From: an uncultured delta proteobacterium
GTDB taxonomy: Bacteria; Desulfobacterota; Desulfuromonadia; Desulfuromonadales; BM103
Length of the DNA stretch: 64,000 nt
Assembly (NCBI GenBank): GCA_963715335.1
Contig: CAVQRZ010000026.1
Span: forward strand, 1 to 64,000
Direction of reading: 5' to 3'
Within the stretch, counting starts at the first letter, position 1. Every line of letters starts with the position of its first letter. The notes under the pieces are model-generated. The model had not been told where the DNA came from. It did no database searches and worked only from the letters and a program-made list of their open reading frames with translations. Position numbers and translations under genes: made by a program. Positions 53,108 to 64,000 of this stretch are shown here, piece after piece.

Positions 53108-53380
53108 TCAGTCTGCCGATTCTGTTCCGTCGACCAGTTTGGCCAGACGGCTGATTTTGCGGCTTGCCGTTGCTTTGTGAATGACGCCCTTGGTCGCCGC
53201 CTTGTCAATATAAGGGACGGCTTTTTCCAGCAGAATTTTTGCCGTGTCAAGGTCACCATCGGCAATTGCGATGCGAACTTTTTTGACGTAACTGCGCATG
53301 GTTGAGCGAATATGAGTATTCCGGGCATTGCGAATTTTGCTCTGACGATGTCTTTTTTCTGCTGATTTGTGATTTGCCAC
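53108..53380 (-). CDS. rpsT: 30S ribosomal protein S20
   Basis: ANHKSAEKR, KGVIHK..ASRKISRL. Confidence 0.97.
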   Translation of the reverse strand: MANHKSAEKRHRQSKIRNARNTHIRSTMRSYVKKVRIAIADGDLDTAKILLEKAVPYIDKAATKGVIHKATASRKISRLAKLVDGTESAD

Positions 53381-53571
53381 TTTTATTCCTCCGGGCTATT
53401 TTCTTTGCGTGATTTATTTGTAAAGCGTCAGTTTTATAACATTGGCAGGAACAACAGTCAAGATAAAAAGATTCCAATATATAAAAAAATAGTGTTTAAT
53501 TTAAGTATGTTATGAATATTAAGTATGGGATTAATAGAAAATAATGCATTGTGCCGGGTGTTGATGTCGTC

Positions 53572-55161
53572 ATGTCTGTAGCAAGTGAAGAGAAAAAACA
53601 TATCTCGAGAGCGGCCGGTGTTTTGACCCTGGCGACCACGGTCAGCAGGATTGCCGGCCTGGTTCGTGACATAGTTGTTGCCGCAATATTCGGCGCGGGA
53701 ATGCTGACGGATGCGTTTTTCGTCGCATTCACTATCCCTAACCTGTTGCGCAGATTCTTTGCCGAGGGTTCTCTGACGGCCGCATTTGTGCCGACCTTTA
53801 CCGATGTGCTTCACCATGAAGGCACCGATGAAGCGCGTCGGGTTGTTCGGATCTGTTGGACGCTCCTTCTGCTGGTTCTGGCCTGTGTCACGCTGCTTGG
53901 GATTTTGTCGTCGCCCTGGCTGGTCAAACTGATCGGTTATGGCTTTGCAGGTACGGCTGGGAAACTGGCGCTAACCGATCTTCTCAACCGGTTGATGTTT
54001 CCCTATATCTTTTTCATCAGCCTGGTCGCGCTCTTTGCCGGTGTCCTGAATGTGTCGGGGCATTTCCTCTTGCCGGCCCTCTCTCCGGTGCTGCTGAACC
54101 TCTCCATGATCGGAGCTGCACTGGTCCTTGCCCCGCGGCTGGATGAACCGATAACGGCTCTCGCCTATGGCGTACTTCTCGGCGGCGTGATTCAGTTTGC
54201 CATGCAAATCCCGATTTTGTACCGCCGTGGATATGATCTGAGGCCGGATTTCAACTTCCGCCACAGCGCGGTTGTTCGTATCGTCAGGCTGATGCTCCCC
54301 GGTATCCTCGGGGTGGCTATCTACCAGATCAATGTCGTGGTAACTCGCTTGATGGCTTCTTTCCTTCAGGAGGGGAGTGTCTCCTGGCTCTATTATGGGC
54401 AGAGACTATTCGAGTTTCCGCAGGGAATTTTTGTGGTTTCTCTGGCTCAGGCGGTGTTACCAACCATGTGTCGGCAGGCCTCGGCTGAGGACCTGGATGG
54501 TTTCCGTGAGTCATTGCGGTTCGCTCTGGTTCTGATCATGCTGGTTACCATCCCGGCAGCTTTGGGGTTGGTCCTCTGCAACGAGGCGGTGTACAGCCTG
54601 TTCTTTATGCGTGGGAGCTTTTCCGTGTTCGACGTTTCCCAGTCGGCTATAGCTCTGGCCTGGTACGCTCCGGGCCTGCTGTTCGTCGGCATCAGTCGCG
54701 TGGCTGTGCCGTGTTTTTACGCCATGAAAGATACCCGTACCCCCGTTATAATTTCTTTTTGGACACTGTTGGTCAATGCCGTAGCCGGTCTGCTGTTGAT
54801 GCGGGTTATGGGGCATGCCGGACTGGCGTTAGCCCTGACGATAGCATCGGTCTTCAATGCCTTGATCCTCATCGTACTGCTTACAAGGAAGCTCGGTAAA
54901 CTGGATATCGCAGGGATACTCAACACCGTTCTGAGAACGATCCCTGGATTGTGTTTTATGTGCATTGTAGCGACTCTGGTCCTCAGGCAGGCAGACTGGT
55001 TGACGGTCGGTCCGTTCTTGCCGCGTTTTGCTCTCCTTGGTGTCGCCGTATTGTCGGGGTCTTTCGTCTATGCCGCCTGTCTATGGGTCTTTGGGGTAAG
55101 GGAGATCAAGCAGGTCTGGTCGTTGATCGCGGGGCGCTTACCGTCCCCACGCAAAAGGTGA
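53572..55161 (+). CDS. murJ: Lipid II flippase
   Basis: SRIAGLVRD, IPNLLRRFFAEG, RLFEFPQG, FYAMKDTRTP; start 53551 or 53572. Confidence 0.95.
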   Translation: MSVASEEKKHISRAAGVLTLATTVSRIAGLVRDIVVAAIFGAGMLTDAFFVAFTIPNLLRRFFAEGSLTAAFVPTFTDVLHHEGTDEARRVVRICWTLLLLVLACVTLLGILSSPWLVKLIGYGFAGTAGKLALTDLLNRLMFPYIFFISLVALFAGVLNVSGHFLLPALSPVLLNLSMIGAALVLAPRLDEPITALAYGVLLGGVIQFAMQIPILYRRGYDLRPDFNFRHSAVVRIVRLMLPGILGVAIYQINVVVTRLMASFLQEGSVSWLYYGQRLFEFPQGIFVVSLAQAVLPTMCRQASAEDLDGFRESLRFALVLIMLVTIPAALGLVLCNEAVYSLFFMRGSFSVFDVSQSAIALAWYAPGLLFVGISRVAVPCFYAMKDTRTPVIISFWTLLVNAVAGLLLMRVMGHAGLALALTIASVFNALILIVLLTRKLGKLDIAGILNTVLRTIPGLCFMCIVATLVLRQADWLTVGPFLPRFALLGVAVLSGSFVYAACLWVFGVREIKQVWSLIAGRLPSPRKR

Positions 55162-55164
55162 GTT

Positions 55165-55683
55165 ATGTCAGGGCAACAGTGGGATATGTTATCCTTTGAA
55201 TACGGCACAGTGGCGCTGGTTGTCAGCGGCGGCCGTTTATCCAGAATCTGCTTCACACGCTCCTTTGAAGAGTCCTCGCTCGAAGTCCTCAGGCATTGTC
55301 CCGACGCCTGCCGGAGCTTGCACCCGCTGATCAGCGAGATTTTTGTCCAGTTGGAGGAATATTTTCAGGGGGAGAGGAGGACTTTTGATGTCAGGCTCGA
55401 TAATGCCGGATTGTCCTGCTTTGCAAGAAAAGTCCACAAGGCGTTGCTCGAGGTGCCCTATGGCTCGCTGATTTCGTACCTTGATCTGGCCAGGATGGCA
55501 GGTTCGCCAGGTGCTGCACGGGCGGTTGGACGGGTCATGTCTGCAAACCCCTTCCCACTGATCGTGCCTTGTCACCGTGTTGTCAATGCTGATGGTCGCC
55601 TGGGGCAGTATTCCGGCGGTTTCGGCGGAGAGACCAAGGCCGGGCTGATCGATTTGGAGCGTGGACTCGTATCACAACCGTAG
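55165..55683 (+). CDS. ogt: Methylated-DNA--protein-cysteine methyltransferase
   Basis: ARAVG, NP.PLIVPCHRVV. Confidence 0.92.
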   Translation: MSGQQWDMLSFEYGTVALVVSGGRLSRICFTRSFEESSLEVLRHCPDACRSLHPLISEIFVQLEEYFQGERRTFDVRLDNAGLSCFARKVHKALLEVPYGSLISYLDLARMAGSPGAARAVGRVMSANPFPLIVPCHRVVNADGRLGQYSGGFGGETKAGLIDLERGLVSQP

Positions 55684-55721
55684 CGGGCCACGGCTGCTCG
55701 CCATGTACTTCTTAAGGTCAG

Positions 55722-56807
55722 GTGTCTATGCAGGTTGCCGGACGGATAACATTGCTCCTCCTTGCTGCTGTCGGTCTCGTCTTCCTTAATGCCTGCGGGG
55801 AGAGTGGCTATCTGTTCCAGAGCGTCAAAGGCCATCTGGGGTTGATGTCGCGCGCGCAGTCGATAGAAGAAGTTCTGGCCAGCAACGAGGAACCGGAAAT
55901 TGTCCTCAGCCAGTTGGAAACGGTTGTCAGGCTGAGAAAATTTGCGGTCGATTCACTGTCCCTGCCTGACAGTGGCAGCTATCATGAGTACGCAGACCTG
56001 GGACGACCCTATGTTGTCTGGAACCTGACCGCGGCGCCTGAGTTTTCTCTCGAGATGAAACAGTGGTGTTTTCCTGTCGTTGGCTGTGTCACATATCGTG
56101 GCTATTTTGACGAAAACGCGGCCCTGGTCATGGCCGAGGGCCTGTCTGTACAAGGTTTTGACGTCGATGTCTACGGGGTTGAGGCTTACTCGACTCTCAA
56201 CTGGTTTGATGACCCGGTTTTGAATACCTTCCTGAAAAATGACGAAATCCATCTGGCCGCATTGCTGTTTCATGAGATGGCGCATCAAGTTATTTATGTG
56301 CCCGATGCCACGACATTTAACGAATCCTTTGCCAAAACGGTCGAAATAGAAGGCTTGCGCCGCTGGTTTCACAGCACGGAATTTGACGATCTGTGGCAGG
56401 AGTGCCTGCTACGTGAAAAAAGGTCTGCCGATTTCCAGGATTTTCTGAGTGGCATCCGTCTGGAGTTGCAGACCGTGTACACGGCCGATTTGGTGGTCGA
56501 GGATAAAAGGTTGGCAAAGCAACAGATTATTTCACATGGCCATGAGACCTATGCCCGATTGAAAGAGGGGTGGGGTGGTTATGCTGGATACGACCGGTGG
56601 ATGGAGAAAGGGATCAACAATGCGCGACTCTCTTCGGCAGCAGCCTACCATGATCTGGTCTCGGCATTTCAGACCCTTCTGCAGAGAGTCGATTATGATC
56701 TGCCCGCCTTTTATGTTGAAGTGAAAAAACTCGGGTCGCTGCCCGAAGATGCGCGTCAGGCAAAGCTGAAGTCACTTTCTCCTCGTCTCAACGCTTCTCT
56801 GTATTAA
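55722..56807 (+). CDS. Putative Zn aminopeptidase lipoprotein (DUF2265-like)
   Basis: LNAC lipobox, WCFPVVGCVTYRGYF, AYSTLNWFDDP, HEMAH, FNESFA. Confidence 0.85.
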   Translation: MSMQVAGRITLLLLAAVGLVFLNACGESGYLFQSVKGHLGLMSRAQSIEEVLASNEEPEIVLSQLETVVRLRKFAVDSLSLPDSGSYHEYADLGRPYVVWNLTAAPEFSLEMKQWCFPVVGCVTYRGYFDENAALVMAEGLSVQGFDVDVYGVEAYSTLNWFDDPVLNTFLKNDEIHLAALLFHEMAHQVIYVPDATTFNESFAKTVEIEGLRRWFHSTEFDDLWQECLLREKRSADFQDFLSGIRLELQTVYTADLVVEDKRLAKQQIISHGHETYARLKEGWGGYAGYDRWMEKGINNARLSSAAAYHDLVSAFQTLLQRVDYDLPAFYVEVKKLGSLPEDARQAKLKSLSPRLNASLY

Positions 56808-56929
56808 GCGAATTCGCCTGCGCGCAGTCACTGGAAGCCGTAGCCATGACTGTTAATACTGCTTGATAAGTGGATGTGTGCAAGGATACTTTCCCGGGCA
56901 ACATTTGAACTGTAAATCAAGGGTCGCAA

Positions 56930-57739
56930 ATGCTTGGAGCAATTGCCGGAGATGTGATCGGCTCACGTTTTGAACATGCCGGGATCAAAAGCAAGGATTT
57001 CGTACTGTTCAATCGGCGGAGTACGTTTACCGACGATACGGTTCATACCGTTGCCCTGGCGGACAGCCTTCTGCATAAAGTCCCCTACCAGGACAAACTC
57101 CGCGAATATTTCCACCACTATCCGACCGCTGGGTATGGTACCCGCTTCAGGCGTTGGGCAAGGGCGTCAAAACCAGTCCCTTATGGGAGCTATGGTAACG
57201 GGTCCGCGATGCGCGTCAGCCCTGTTGCCTGGTTCTATGACACCCTTGAGGATGTCCTCTCCGAGGCGCTAAGGAGCGCCGAGGTGACCCATAACCACCC
57301 GGAGGGTATCCGCGGCGCCCAGGCCGTTGCTGGCGCTGTTTTCATGGCACGTAACGGGGCCAGCAAGGTTATCATCCGCAATTACGTCGAGGACTCATTC
57401 AATTACGATTTATCCGCAAAGATTGCAGAGATTCGACCGGATTACAGGTTTGATGTTTCATGCCAGAACTCGGTTCCGCAGGCGATCATAGCGTTCCTGG
57501 AAGCAAAGGACTTTGAAGATGCCGTCCGGAATGCGGTGTCTCTCGGAGGGGACAGTGACACCCAGGCCTGTATTGCTGGGAGTATCGCAGAAGCGTATTT
57601 TGGGGTGGTCCCGGATCATATCAAGGCGCAGACGCTGGCCTGTCTGGATGAAAGACTGTCTGCAGTTTTAAAAGCCTTTTACCAGAAAGTATCAGGCGTT
57701 ACCCGGCATCCAGAAATGTTGGAGCCAGGACTTCAATAA
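56930..57739 (+). CDS. ADP-ribosylglycohydrolase family protein
   Basis: GAIAGD, TDDT, GNGSAMR, TH, GGDSDT. Confidence 0.9.
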   Translation: MLGAIAGDVIGSRFEHAGIKSKDFVLFNRRSTFTDDTVHTVALADSLLHKVPYQDKLREYFHHYPTAGYGTRFRRWARASKPVPYGSYGNGSAMRVSPVAWFYDTLEDVLSEALRSAEVTHNHPEGIRGAQAVAGAVFMARNGASKVIIRNYVEDSFNYDLSAKIAEIRPDYRFDVSCQNSVPQAIIAFLEAKDFEDAVRNAVSLGGDSDTQACIAGSIAEAYFGVVPDHIKAQTLACLDERLSAVLKAFYQKVSGVTRHPEMLEPGLQ

Positions 57740-57764
57740 ACAATTACGGAAAACGGAGAACAGT

Positions 57765-58295
57765 ATGCTGATTATGAATGAGCTTGCCGAAGTTGCCGGA
57801 TTGATGCGTGCCGCCGAGAACCTTTGTGTTGCCGCACGAACTGCTCCCAAAGGCAAAGGCAAAGACCTGCTTGTGACAGCAATCGTGACGGAGGATGATA
57901 AAAAGCGTCTCCAGCAGCAGATGAGGGCAATCGGTGAACGCGATGGCGTGATATTTTTTCTTCGCGATGCAGACAATATAGACCATGCCCCGGTTGTCGT
58001 CCTGGTCGGCACTCGCAAAAAGCCGCTGCAGATCCCTGCGTGTGGCTTCTGCGGCTTTGTTGATTGCGATACCATGACCAGCGCGGGGGGGACCTGTTCG
58101 TTTAATGCCGGGGATCTCGGGATTGCGGTCGGCTCAGCGGTCGCTCTTGCTGCCGACCTGCGAATCGACAACCGCATAATGTACACGGTTGGCAAGGCAG
58201 CGATTGAACTTGGTCTCCTTGGCGAGGAGGTGAAGATCGCGTACGGCATACCTCTCGCGGCCAAAAGCAAAAATCCCTTTTTTGACAGAAGCTGA
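57765..58295 (+). CDS. DUF2148-like ferredoxin-domain protein
   Basis: AARTAPKGKG, CGFCGF..C, DLGIAVGSA, DNRIM, KNPFFDR. Confidence 0.82.
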   Translation: MLIMNELAEVAGLMRAAENLCVAARTAPKGKGKDLLVTAIVTEDDKKRLQQQMRAIGERDGVIFFLRDADNIDHAPVVVLVGTRKKPLQIPACGFCGFVDCDTMTSAGGTCSFNAGDLGIAVGSAVALAADLRIDNRIMYTVGKAAIELGLLGEEVKIAYGIPLAAKSKNPFFDRS

Positions 58296-58372
58296 AAAAC
58301 CGGGAGATGGGGGGCAGGTTCTGGATATGGACCGTCCAAACCCAGCCCTGGAGAACCAGCGCCCTAATTTAA

Positions 58373-58981
58373 ATGATCGATCCGAACGAGCTGTTTGATA
58401 TCGTAAATAACGATGACGAAGTCATCGGACAGGCTCCACGTTGCGCCTGCCATGGCAACCCGGCCCTGGTCCATCGCGCGGTACATGTGTTGGTGTTTAA
58501 CAGCTCCGGATGGTTATTGCTGCAGAAACGTGCTCCAGACAGAGACATCCAGCCAGGCAAATGGGATACCAGTGTCGGTGGACACCTCAACTCTGGAGAA
58601 TCATATCTCGCTGCAGCATATCGTGAAATGTCTGAAGAGCTGGGATTGACCGGCCTGCCATTGACGCACCTGTACCGGTCCGTAATCAGAAACCAGGTCG
58701 AGTCGGAAAACGTGCACTCATATCTCGCAATCACTGATGATGCCATTGCATACGAGCGCAGCGAAATCTCCGAGGTTCGCTTCTGGTCTCATGGTCAAAT
58801 TGACCAGGCCCTGGGGCAAGGAGTTTTTACCCCGAATTTCGAGGCAGAATGGCAGATGTTCAAGAGCTTTGCTCGCCGTTACCAATCGGCGGATTCGGAC
58901 CGAATAGCTTTCTGTTCCGGGGCGTCTTTCCCTGACCTGTGGCGAGAGTTGTACAAGGCTTGTTGTCCAGATTCCGAGTGA
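58373..58981 (+). CDS. NUDIX hydrolase (YfcD/Idi-like)
   Basis: HRAVHV, LLQKR, PGKWD, GGH...GE....AAYREMSEELG. Confidence 0.88.
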   Translation: MIDPNELFDIVNNDDEVIGQAPRCACHGNPALVHRAVHVLVFNSSGWLLLQKRAPDRDIQPGKWDTSVGGHLNSGESYLAAAYREMSEELGLTGLPLTHLYRSVIRNQVESENVHSYLAITDDAIAYERSEISEVRFWSHGQIDQALGQGVFTPNFEAEWQMFKSFARRYQSADSDRIAFCSGASFPDLWRELYKACCPDSE

Positions 58982-59029
58982 TGCTCAAAAGCTGGGCAAT
59001 TGGTTGTTAAGATGCTCTATTTGTGAGCA
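58982..59029. promoter_or_regulatory. Two putative enhancer-binding-protein sites
   Basis: TGCTCA-N5-TGGGCA (58982-58998) and TGCTCT-N5-TGAGCA (59013-59029), 31 bp apart. Confidence 0.6.
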
Positions 59030-59135
59030 TGTATGCGCTTGCTTGTTGACGTGATGTATAGATGTTCAAGTCTTTTTACCTGTAAAAACTCATAAATATC
59101 AGACGTTTGTCAATGTTTATTGGTTTGTTTTATTT

Positions 59136-59152
59136 TAGGCAAGCTAATTGCT
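59136..59152 (+). promoter_or_regulatory. Sigma54 -24/-12 promoter of glnB-glnA
   Basis: TAGGCAAGCTAATTGCT with GG-N10-GC spacing. Confidence 0.75.
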
Positions 59153-59204
59153 ATTAGTCATTGCTGGACACTTTTGAGAACTATTTATGCTTAGTAGGAT
59201 GTGA

Positions 59205-59570
<366 letters not shown>

Positions 59571-59627
59571 CGCTAAGACAATTACCCTAGACAGCAAGAT
59601 CATTATCTTAATAAGGAGAAGTTTAAA

Positions 59628-61037
59628 ATGACCCCACAAGAAGTCGTCAAATTTGCCCAGGATAACGATTGCAAGATGGTCGACTACAAGTTTCTTGACT
59701 TTGTCGGTATCTGGCAGCACTTTTCAACTCCGATTGGTGAATTCAGCGAAGACACCTTCGAAGAAGGTATCGGTTTCGATGGTTCTTCGATCCGCGGTTG
59801 GCAGCCGATCCACAACTCGGACATGCTGATCATGCCGGATTCGTCGACTGCCAAAATTGACCCCTTTGTCAAGGTGCCGACACTGAGCCTGATCTGCAAC
59901 ATCATCGACCCGATCACCAAGGAAGGTTACACCCGCGACCCGCGTTTCATCGCCCAGAAGGCAGAAGCTTACCTGAAACAGACGGGTATTGCTGACACGG
60001 CATACTTCGGTCCTGAGCCTGAATTCTTTATCTTTGACGATGTGCGCTATGATTCCAGCGCCAATGAGTCTTTCTATTCCGTTGATTCAGTTGAAGGCGT
60101 GTGGAATACCGGCCGAGAGGAGTTCCCCAACCTCGGCTACAAGCCACGCCACAAGGAAGGTTACTTCCCCTGTGCGCCGACCGATTCCCTCATCGACCTG
60201 CGTAACGAGATGGTCGAGGTCCTGCAGAGCGTCGGCATGACCATCGAGGCTGTACACCATGAAGTTGCTACCGGTGGCCAGTGTGAGATCGACATGCGCT
60301 TTGATTCTCTGCTCGCCATGGGTGACACCCTGCAGTGGTTCAAATACATCGTCAAGAACGTTGCCGTTCGTAACGGCAAAACCGTCACCTTCATGCCCAA
60401 GCCGATCTTTGGTGACAATGGGTCCGGTATGCACTGCCATCAATCGCTCTGGAAAGATGGCGTCAATCTGTTTGCCGGCGACGGCTACGGCGGCCTTTCC
60501 AAGACGGCCATGTATTACATCGGTGGCATCATGAAGCACGCCAAGGCGCTCTGTGCATTCACCAACCCGACCACTATCTCCTACAAGCGCCTGGTCCCCG
60601 GCTACGAAGCTCCGGTCAATCTGGCTTACTCGAACCGTAACCGCTCCGCTTCCTTGCGTATTCCGGTCACCGACAACCCCAAGTCGAAGCGCGTCGAGTA
60701 CCGCACGCCAGACCCGAGCTGCAACGGTTATCTGGCATTTGCTGCCCAGGTGATGGCTGGCCTTGACGGTATCGAGAACAAGATCGATCCGGGCGAGCCC
60801 CTGGACAAGGACATCTACGGTCTTTCTCCGGAAGAACTCAAAGATATCCCGAATGTGGCTGGTACCCTGCAGGAGGCTCTTGAGTGCCTTGAGGCCGATC
60901 ATGAATTCCTGCTCAAGGGTGACGTCTTCACCAAGGATGTCATTGATATGTGGATCTCCTACAAGCGCGAAGCAGAGGTTGATGTCGTGCGCATGCGTCC
61001 GACCCCAACCGAATTCGCCCTCTACTTCGACTGCTAA
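59628..61037 (+). CDS. glnA: Glutamine synthetase type I
   Basis: [46 protein letters not shown]. Confidence 0.98.
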   Translation: MTPQEVVKFAQDNDCKMVDYKFLDFVGIWQHFSTPIGEFSEDTFEEGIGFDGSSIRGWQPIHNSDMLIMPDSSTAKIDPFVKVPTLSLICNIIDPITKEGYTRDPRFIAQKAEAYLKQTGIADTAYFGPEPEFFIFDDVRYDSSANESFYSVDSVEGVWNTGREEFPNLGYKPRHKEGYFPCAPTDSLIDLRNEMVEVLQSVGMTIEAVHHEVATGGQCEIDMRFDSLLAMGDTLQWFKYIVKNVAVRNGKTVTFMPKPIFGDNGSGMHCHQSLWKDGVNLFAGDGYGGLSKTAMYYIGGIMKHAKALCAFTNPTTISYKRLVPGYEAPVNLAYSNRNRSASLRIPVTDNPKSKRVEYRTPDPSCNGYLAFAAQVMAGLDGIENKIDPGEPLDKDIYGLSPEELKDIPNVAGTLQEALECLEADHEFLLKGDVFTKDVIDMWISYKREAEVDVVRMRPTPTEFALYFDC

Positions 61038-61060
61038 GCGATCGAAACAGATAGAAAATC

Positions 61061-61094
61061 AAAGCCCCTGGTCAATCGACCAGGGGCTTTTTTT
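61061..61094 (+). terminator. Intrinsic terminator after glnA
   Basis: AAAGCCCCTGGTC-AATC-GACCAGGGGCTTT followed by TTTT. Confidence 0.9.
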
Positions 61095-61170
61095 ATGAGG
61101 TTCAGAAGTGAGTTTTTTTCATTGGGGCAGGGATGCGGGTTGTCGTGCCCAGGCCAAAGAGGGTGACATC

Positions 61171-62562
61171 CTATGACAAGGCATTTCCTGAGAGGTAGGC
61201 CTTGACCACCTCGGTCTTCGCATCGATGATCTCGCAGCGCTTCTGCCGATTCTCCAGGCCATCCAGGCTCGACGGACGCTCCGGATCCCGACCGATGGCC
61301 TGGTTGACAGCCTCGGGGAACTTGGCCGGATGGGCCGTGGCCAGGCAGATCACCGGATAATCGCCGCCGGGAAGATCCTGGCCGGCTTTCACCCCGGTGG
61401 CCGTGTGCGGATCGAGGACATAGCCGGTTGCCGCGTAAAAATCCCGAATGGTTGCCAGGGTTTGCTCGTTGTCCACCGCCGCAGAGAGGAAGGTCTCGTT
61501 GACCTTGGCAATCTGCTCTGCCGTGAAGGAGAGCTGCCCCGCTGCCGAGAATTGCTGCATGGCGGCGGCCAGACGTGTCGAGTCCTTATCGAAAAGGTAG
61601 AAAAGATAGCGCTCCAGGTTGCTCGCATTCTGGATGTCCATCGAGGGCGAGAAGGTTGGATGGACATCGTCGATCGAGTAATCGCCGGCGTTGACAAAGC
61701 GTTCGAGGATGTTGTTGGCATTGGTAGCGAGGACCAGCCTCTCAATCGGCAGTCCCATACGCATGGCGACATACCCCGCAAAGATATCACCGAAGTTGCC
61801 GGTCGGGACCGAGAAGTAGACCTTAGCACAACCGGTCTGCTTGCGGACTTGCCCCCAGGCGTAGAAGTAGTAGACGACCTGGGCGAGGACCCTGGCCCAG
61901 TTGATCGAGTTGACCGCGCCGAGCGCGTATTTCTGTTTGAAGTCGAGATCGCCGAAGATCTCCTTGACGATTTGCTGGCCATCATCAAATGTGCCTTTGA
62001 TAGCCAGATTGAAAACATTCTCGTCGGTGACCGTCGTCATCTGCAACTCCTGCACCGGAGAGACCTTCTTGTGCGGGTGCAGGATGAATATGTTGATATT
62101 GCGTTTGCCGCGTACGCCGTAAATGGCCGCGCTGCCTGTGTCGCCGGAGGTCGCGCCAAGGATGTTCATGTGTGCGCCGGATTCTGCCAGCAGGTACTCG
62201 AAGAGGTTGCCGAGGAACTGCAGGGCGACATCCTTGAAGGCCAGGGTCGGACCATGGAAAAGTTCCAGGATGTAGACGCCGTCCTTGTGTAAAAGAGGCG
62301 TAATATCCTGGTGGTTAAAGGTTGTGTAGGAACGGTCAATCATCGATTTCAGATCGGCGGCCGGGATATCTTCGATGAAGTGGCTCATGACATGGAAGGC
62401 CAACTCCGGATAGGCCAGTTTGGCCAGAGCGTCAAGATCACCCGGGGTAAGCTGCGGGATGGTCTCAGGAAGGAGCAGGCCGCCATCCTCGGCAAGACCC
62501 ATCATGACCGCCTGCTTGAAGGGAATGTTCCGGACTTGCCCGCGAGTGCTCAGATATTTCAT
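61171..62562 (-). CDS. thrC: Threonine synthase
   Basis: YLSTRG, LFHGPTLAFKD, ATSGDTG, NSINWAR, PTGNFG, TAHPAKF. Confidence 0.97.
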   Translation of the reverse strand: MKYLSTRGQVRNIPFKQAVMMGLAEDGGLLLPETIPQLTPGDLDALAKLAYPELAFHVMSHFIEDIPAADLKSMIDRSYTTFNHQDITPLLHKDGVYILELFHGPTLAFKDVALQFLGNLFEYLLAESGAHMNILGATSGDTGSAAIYGVRGKRNINIFILHPHKKVSPVQELQMTTVTDENVFNLAIKGTFDDGQQIVKEIFGDLDFKQKYALGAVNSINWARVLAQVVYYFYAWGQVRKQTGCAKVYFSVPTGNFGDIFAGYVAMRMGLPIERLVLATNANNILERFVNAGDYSIDDVHPTFSPSMDIQNASNLERYLFYLFDKDSTRLAAAMQQFSAAGQLSFTAEQIAKVNETFLSAAVDNEQTLATIRDFYAATGYVLDPHTATGVKAGQDLPGGDYPVICLATAHPAKFPEAVNQAIGRDPERPSSLDGLENRQKRCEIIDAKTEVVKAYLSGNALS

Positions 62563-62670
62563 TGTAACGTCCTTGGCGTTGTTGTGTGGGGCGGCATTTT
62601 AGCAGTTGTAAGCAAAACAGGGAAGGGGAAACGCGGTTGTAAGCACAAGGTATCGGAAAACCATATTTAC

Positions 62671-62705
62671 AAAAAAGGAGGGGCAAGCCGTACTGGCTGC
62701 CCCTC
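62671..62705 (-). terminator. Intrinsic terminator after maeB
   Basis: Minus strand GAGGGGCAGCC-AGTAC-GGCTTGCCCCTC followed by CTTTTTT. Confidence 0.8.
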
Positions 62706-62743
62706 GAGAGATTCAAAATCTGGTGCTATCGAACAGCGTATGG

Positions 62744-64000
62744 TTATTTATTATTGTGTGCATATTCCTGGGCGTCGACGACGGCAACAGCAGCCATGTT
62801 GACGATGTCGGTGACATCGTCACCGCGCTGCAGGACATGGACCGGCTTCTTGGTGCCCATCAGGATGGGGCCGATCTGCTCGGCACCGCCCAGTTTATGC
62901 AGCAGCTTGTAGGCGATGTTGCCGGATTGCAGGTCCGGGAAAATGAAAACGTTGGCGTTGCCTTTGAGCTTGGAGAAGGGGTACTGCTTCTCTACGAGGT
63001 CCGGGTCAAGGGCAACATTGGCCTGGATCTCACCTTCAACGATTAGTTCCGGAGCCCTTTCCTTGACCAACTTGGTAGCTCTGGCAACCTTGTTGGTCAA
63101 CGGGTGCTGGGCGCTGCCAAAGTTGGAGAAAGAGAGCATCGCAACCCTTGGCTCAACCTCAAAGTACTTGGCTTTTTCGGCCGTCAGGATCGCGGTCTCA
63201 GCCAGTTCTTCCGCGGTCGGTTCGATGGTCACGGTGGTGTCGGCGAAGAACACGGCCTCTTTCTTGGTGACCATCATGTACAGGCCATGAACCTTGGAGA
63301 GGTTGTCCTGCTTGCCGATGATCTCAAGGGCAGGGCGGATCGTTTCCGGGTAGTGGTGGCTGATGCCGGAAAGGAGGGTGTCCGCATCGCCTTTTTCGAC
63401 CATCATGGCACCGAAATAGTTGCGGTTCTTTTTGATCAGGCGCTTGGCTTCTGCCAGGGTGACGCCTTTGCGCTGACGCATGGCAAAGAGCGCATCAATG
63501 TATTCTTTGCGTTTGGGTGAATTCTCGGGGTCAATAATCTCTGCACCTGTAATATCTGCACCGAGTTCCTTGACGCGGGCTTCGATTTCTCCCCTGTTGC
63601 CGAGCAGTATCGGCTTGGCGATGTTCTCATCAAGCAGGATCTGAGCAGCACGGATGATCTTGTCTTCTTCGCCTTCCGGGAAGACGATCCGCTTCGGGCA
63701 GGCTTTCGCCTTGTTGATCAGGGTCCGCATGACCGATTTCGAGCGGCCCTGCATCGCCTCCAGGCGTTCTCTGTATGCGTCCATGTCCTGAATGGGACGG
63801 CGTGCGACGCCGCTATCCATTGCCGCCTGCGCCACTGCAGGTGCAACGTGCAGCAGGACCCGTGGGTCAAAAGGCTTCGGGATGATATATTCGCGGCCGA
63901 ACTTTATGACCTCGCCGCCATACGCCTTGCGGACCGAGTCGGGAACGTCTTCTTTGGCAAGCTCGGCAAGCGCCATGACCGCCGCGAGTTTCATCTCGGC
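62744..64000 (-). CDS. maeB: NADP-dependent malic enzyme with PTA-like domain, 3' part (runs off the window)
   Basis: [45 protein letters not shown]. Confidence 0.93.
   Translation of the reverse strand, partial: AEMKLAAVMALAELAKEDVPDSVRKAYGGEVIKFGREYIIPKPFDPRVLLHVAPAVAQAAMDSGVARRPIQDMDAYRERLEAMQGRSKSVMRTLINKAKACPKRIVFPEGEEDKIIRAAQILLDENIAKPILLGNRGEIEARVKELGADITGAEIIDPENSPKRKEYIDALFAMRQRKGVTLAEAKRLIKKNRNYFGAMMVEKGDADTLLSGISHHYPETIRPALEIIGKQDNLSKVHGLYMMVTKKEAVFFADTTVTIEPTAEELAETAILTAEKAKYFEVEPRVAMLSFSNFGSAQHPLTNKVARATKLVKERAPELIVEGEIQANVALDPDLVEKQYPFSKLKGNANVFIFPDLQSGNIAYKLLHKLGGAEQIGPILMGTKKPVHVLQRGDDVTDIVNMAAVAVVDAQEYAHNNK

Noticed and set aside
53381..53550. Very AT-rich stretch
   Set aside because: Consistent with an ordinary divergent rpsT/murJ promoter region; no repeat or RNA structure seen.

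Overview
Bacterial chromosome segment, most likely Desulfuromonadia (Geobacter/Desulfuromonas relatives). This is inferred from the der-chemosensory cluster-leuS-lptE-holA-rpsT gene order. Positions 1-34 kb hold a co-oriented surface-polysaccharide locus: an RfaH-type antiterminator, a promoter with a palindromic operator and ops site, an EPS-type MarR regulator, wzm/wzt, about 11 glycosyltransferases, methyl/acyl transferases, a Wzy/ligase-like membrane protein, WecA, a PAPS module (cysC-like, cysD, cysNC, cysQ), gmd/fcl/manC/manB and a uronate epimerase. Many of these genes between 2.3 and 25.2 kb carry single-base frameshifts, probably assembly errors. Positions 34-49 kb hold der and a receptor-less chemosensory cluster with an ExeA-like ATPase and HEAT, GAF and DUF4388 proteins. 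Positions 49-64 kb are housekeeping genes (infA, leuS, lptE, holA, rpsT, murJ, ogt, glnB-glnA with a sigma54 promoter, thrC, partial maeB). The most unusual signal is non-coding. About 20 short elements built from degenerate tandem 7-, 8- or 9-mers occupy many gene junctions between 0.9 and 35.6 kb. They form a purine-rich left arm, an AT-rich spacer and a complementary pyrimidine-rich right arm. They are always in the same orientation, are nested inside each other, also occur in frame inside proteins, and were not seen in the rest of the window. No rRNA, tRNA, CRISPR array or transposase was recognised.
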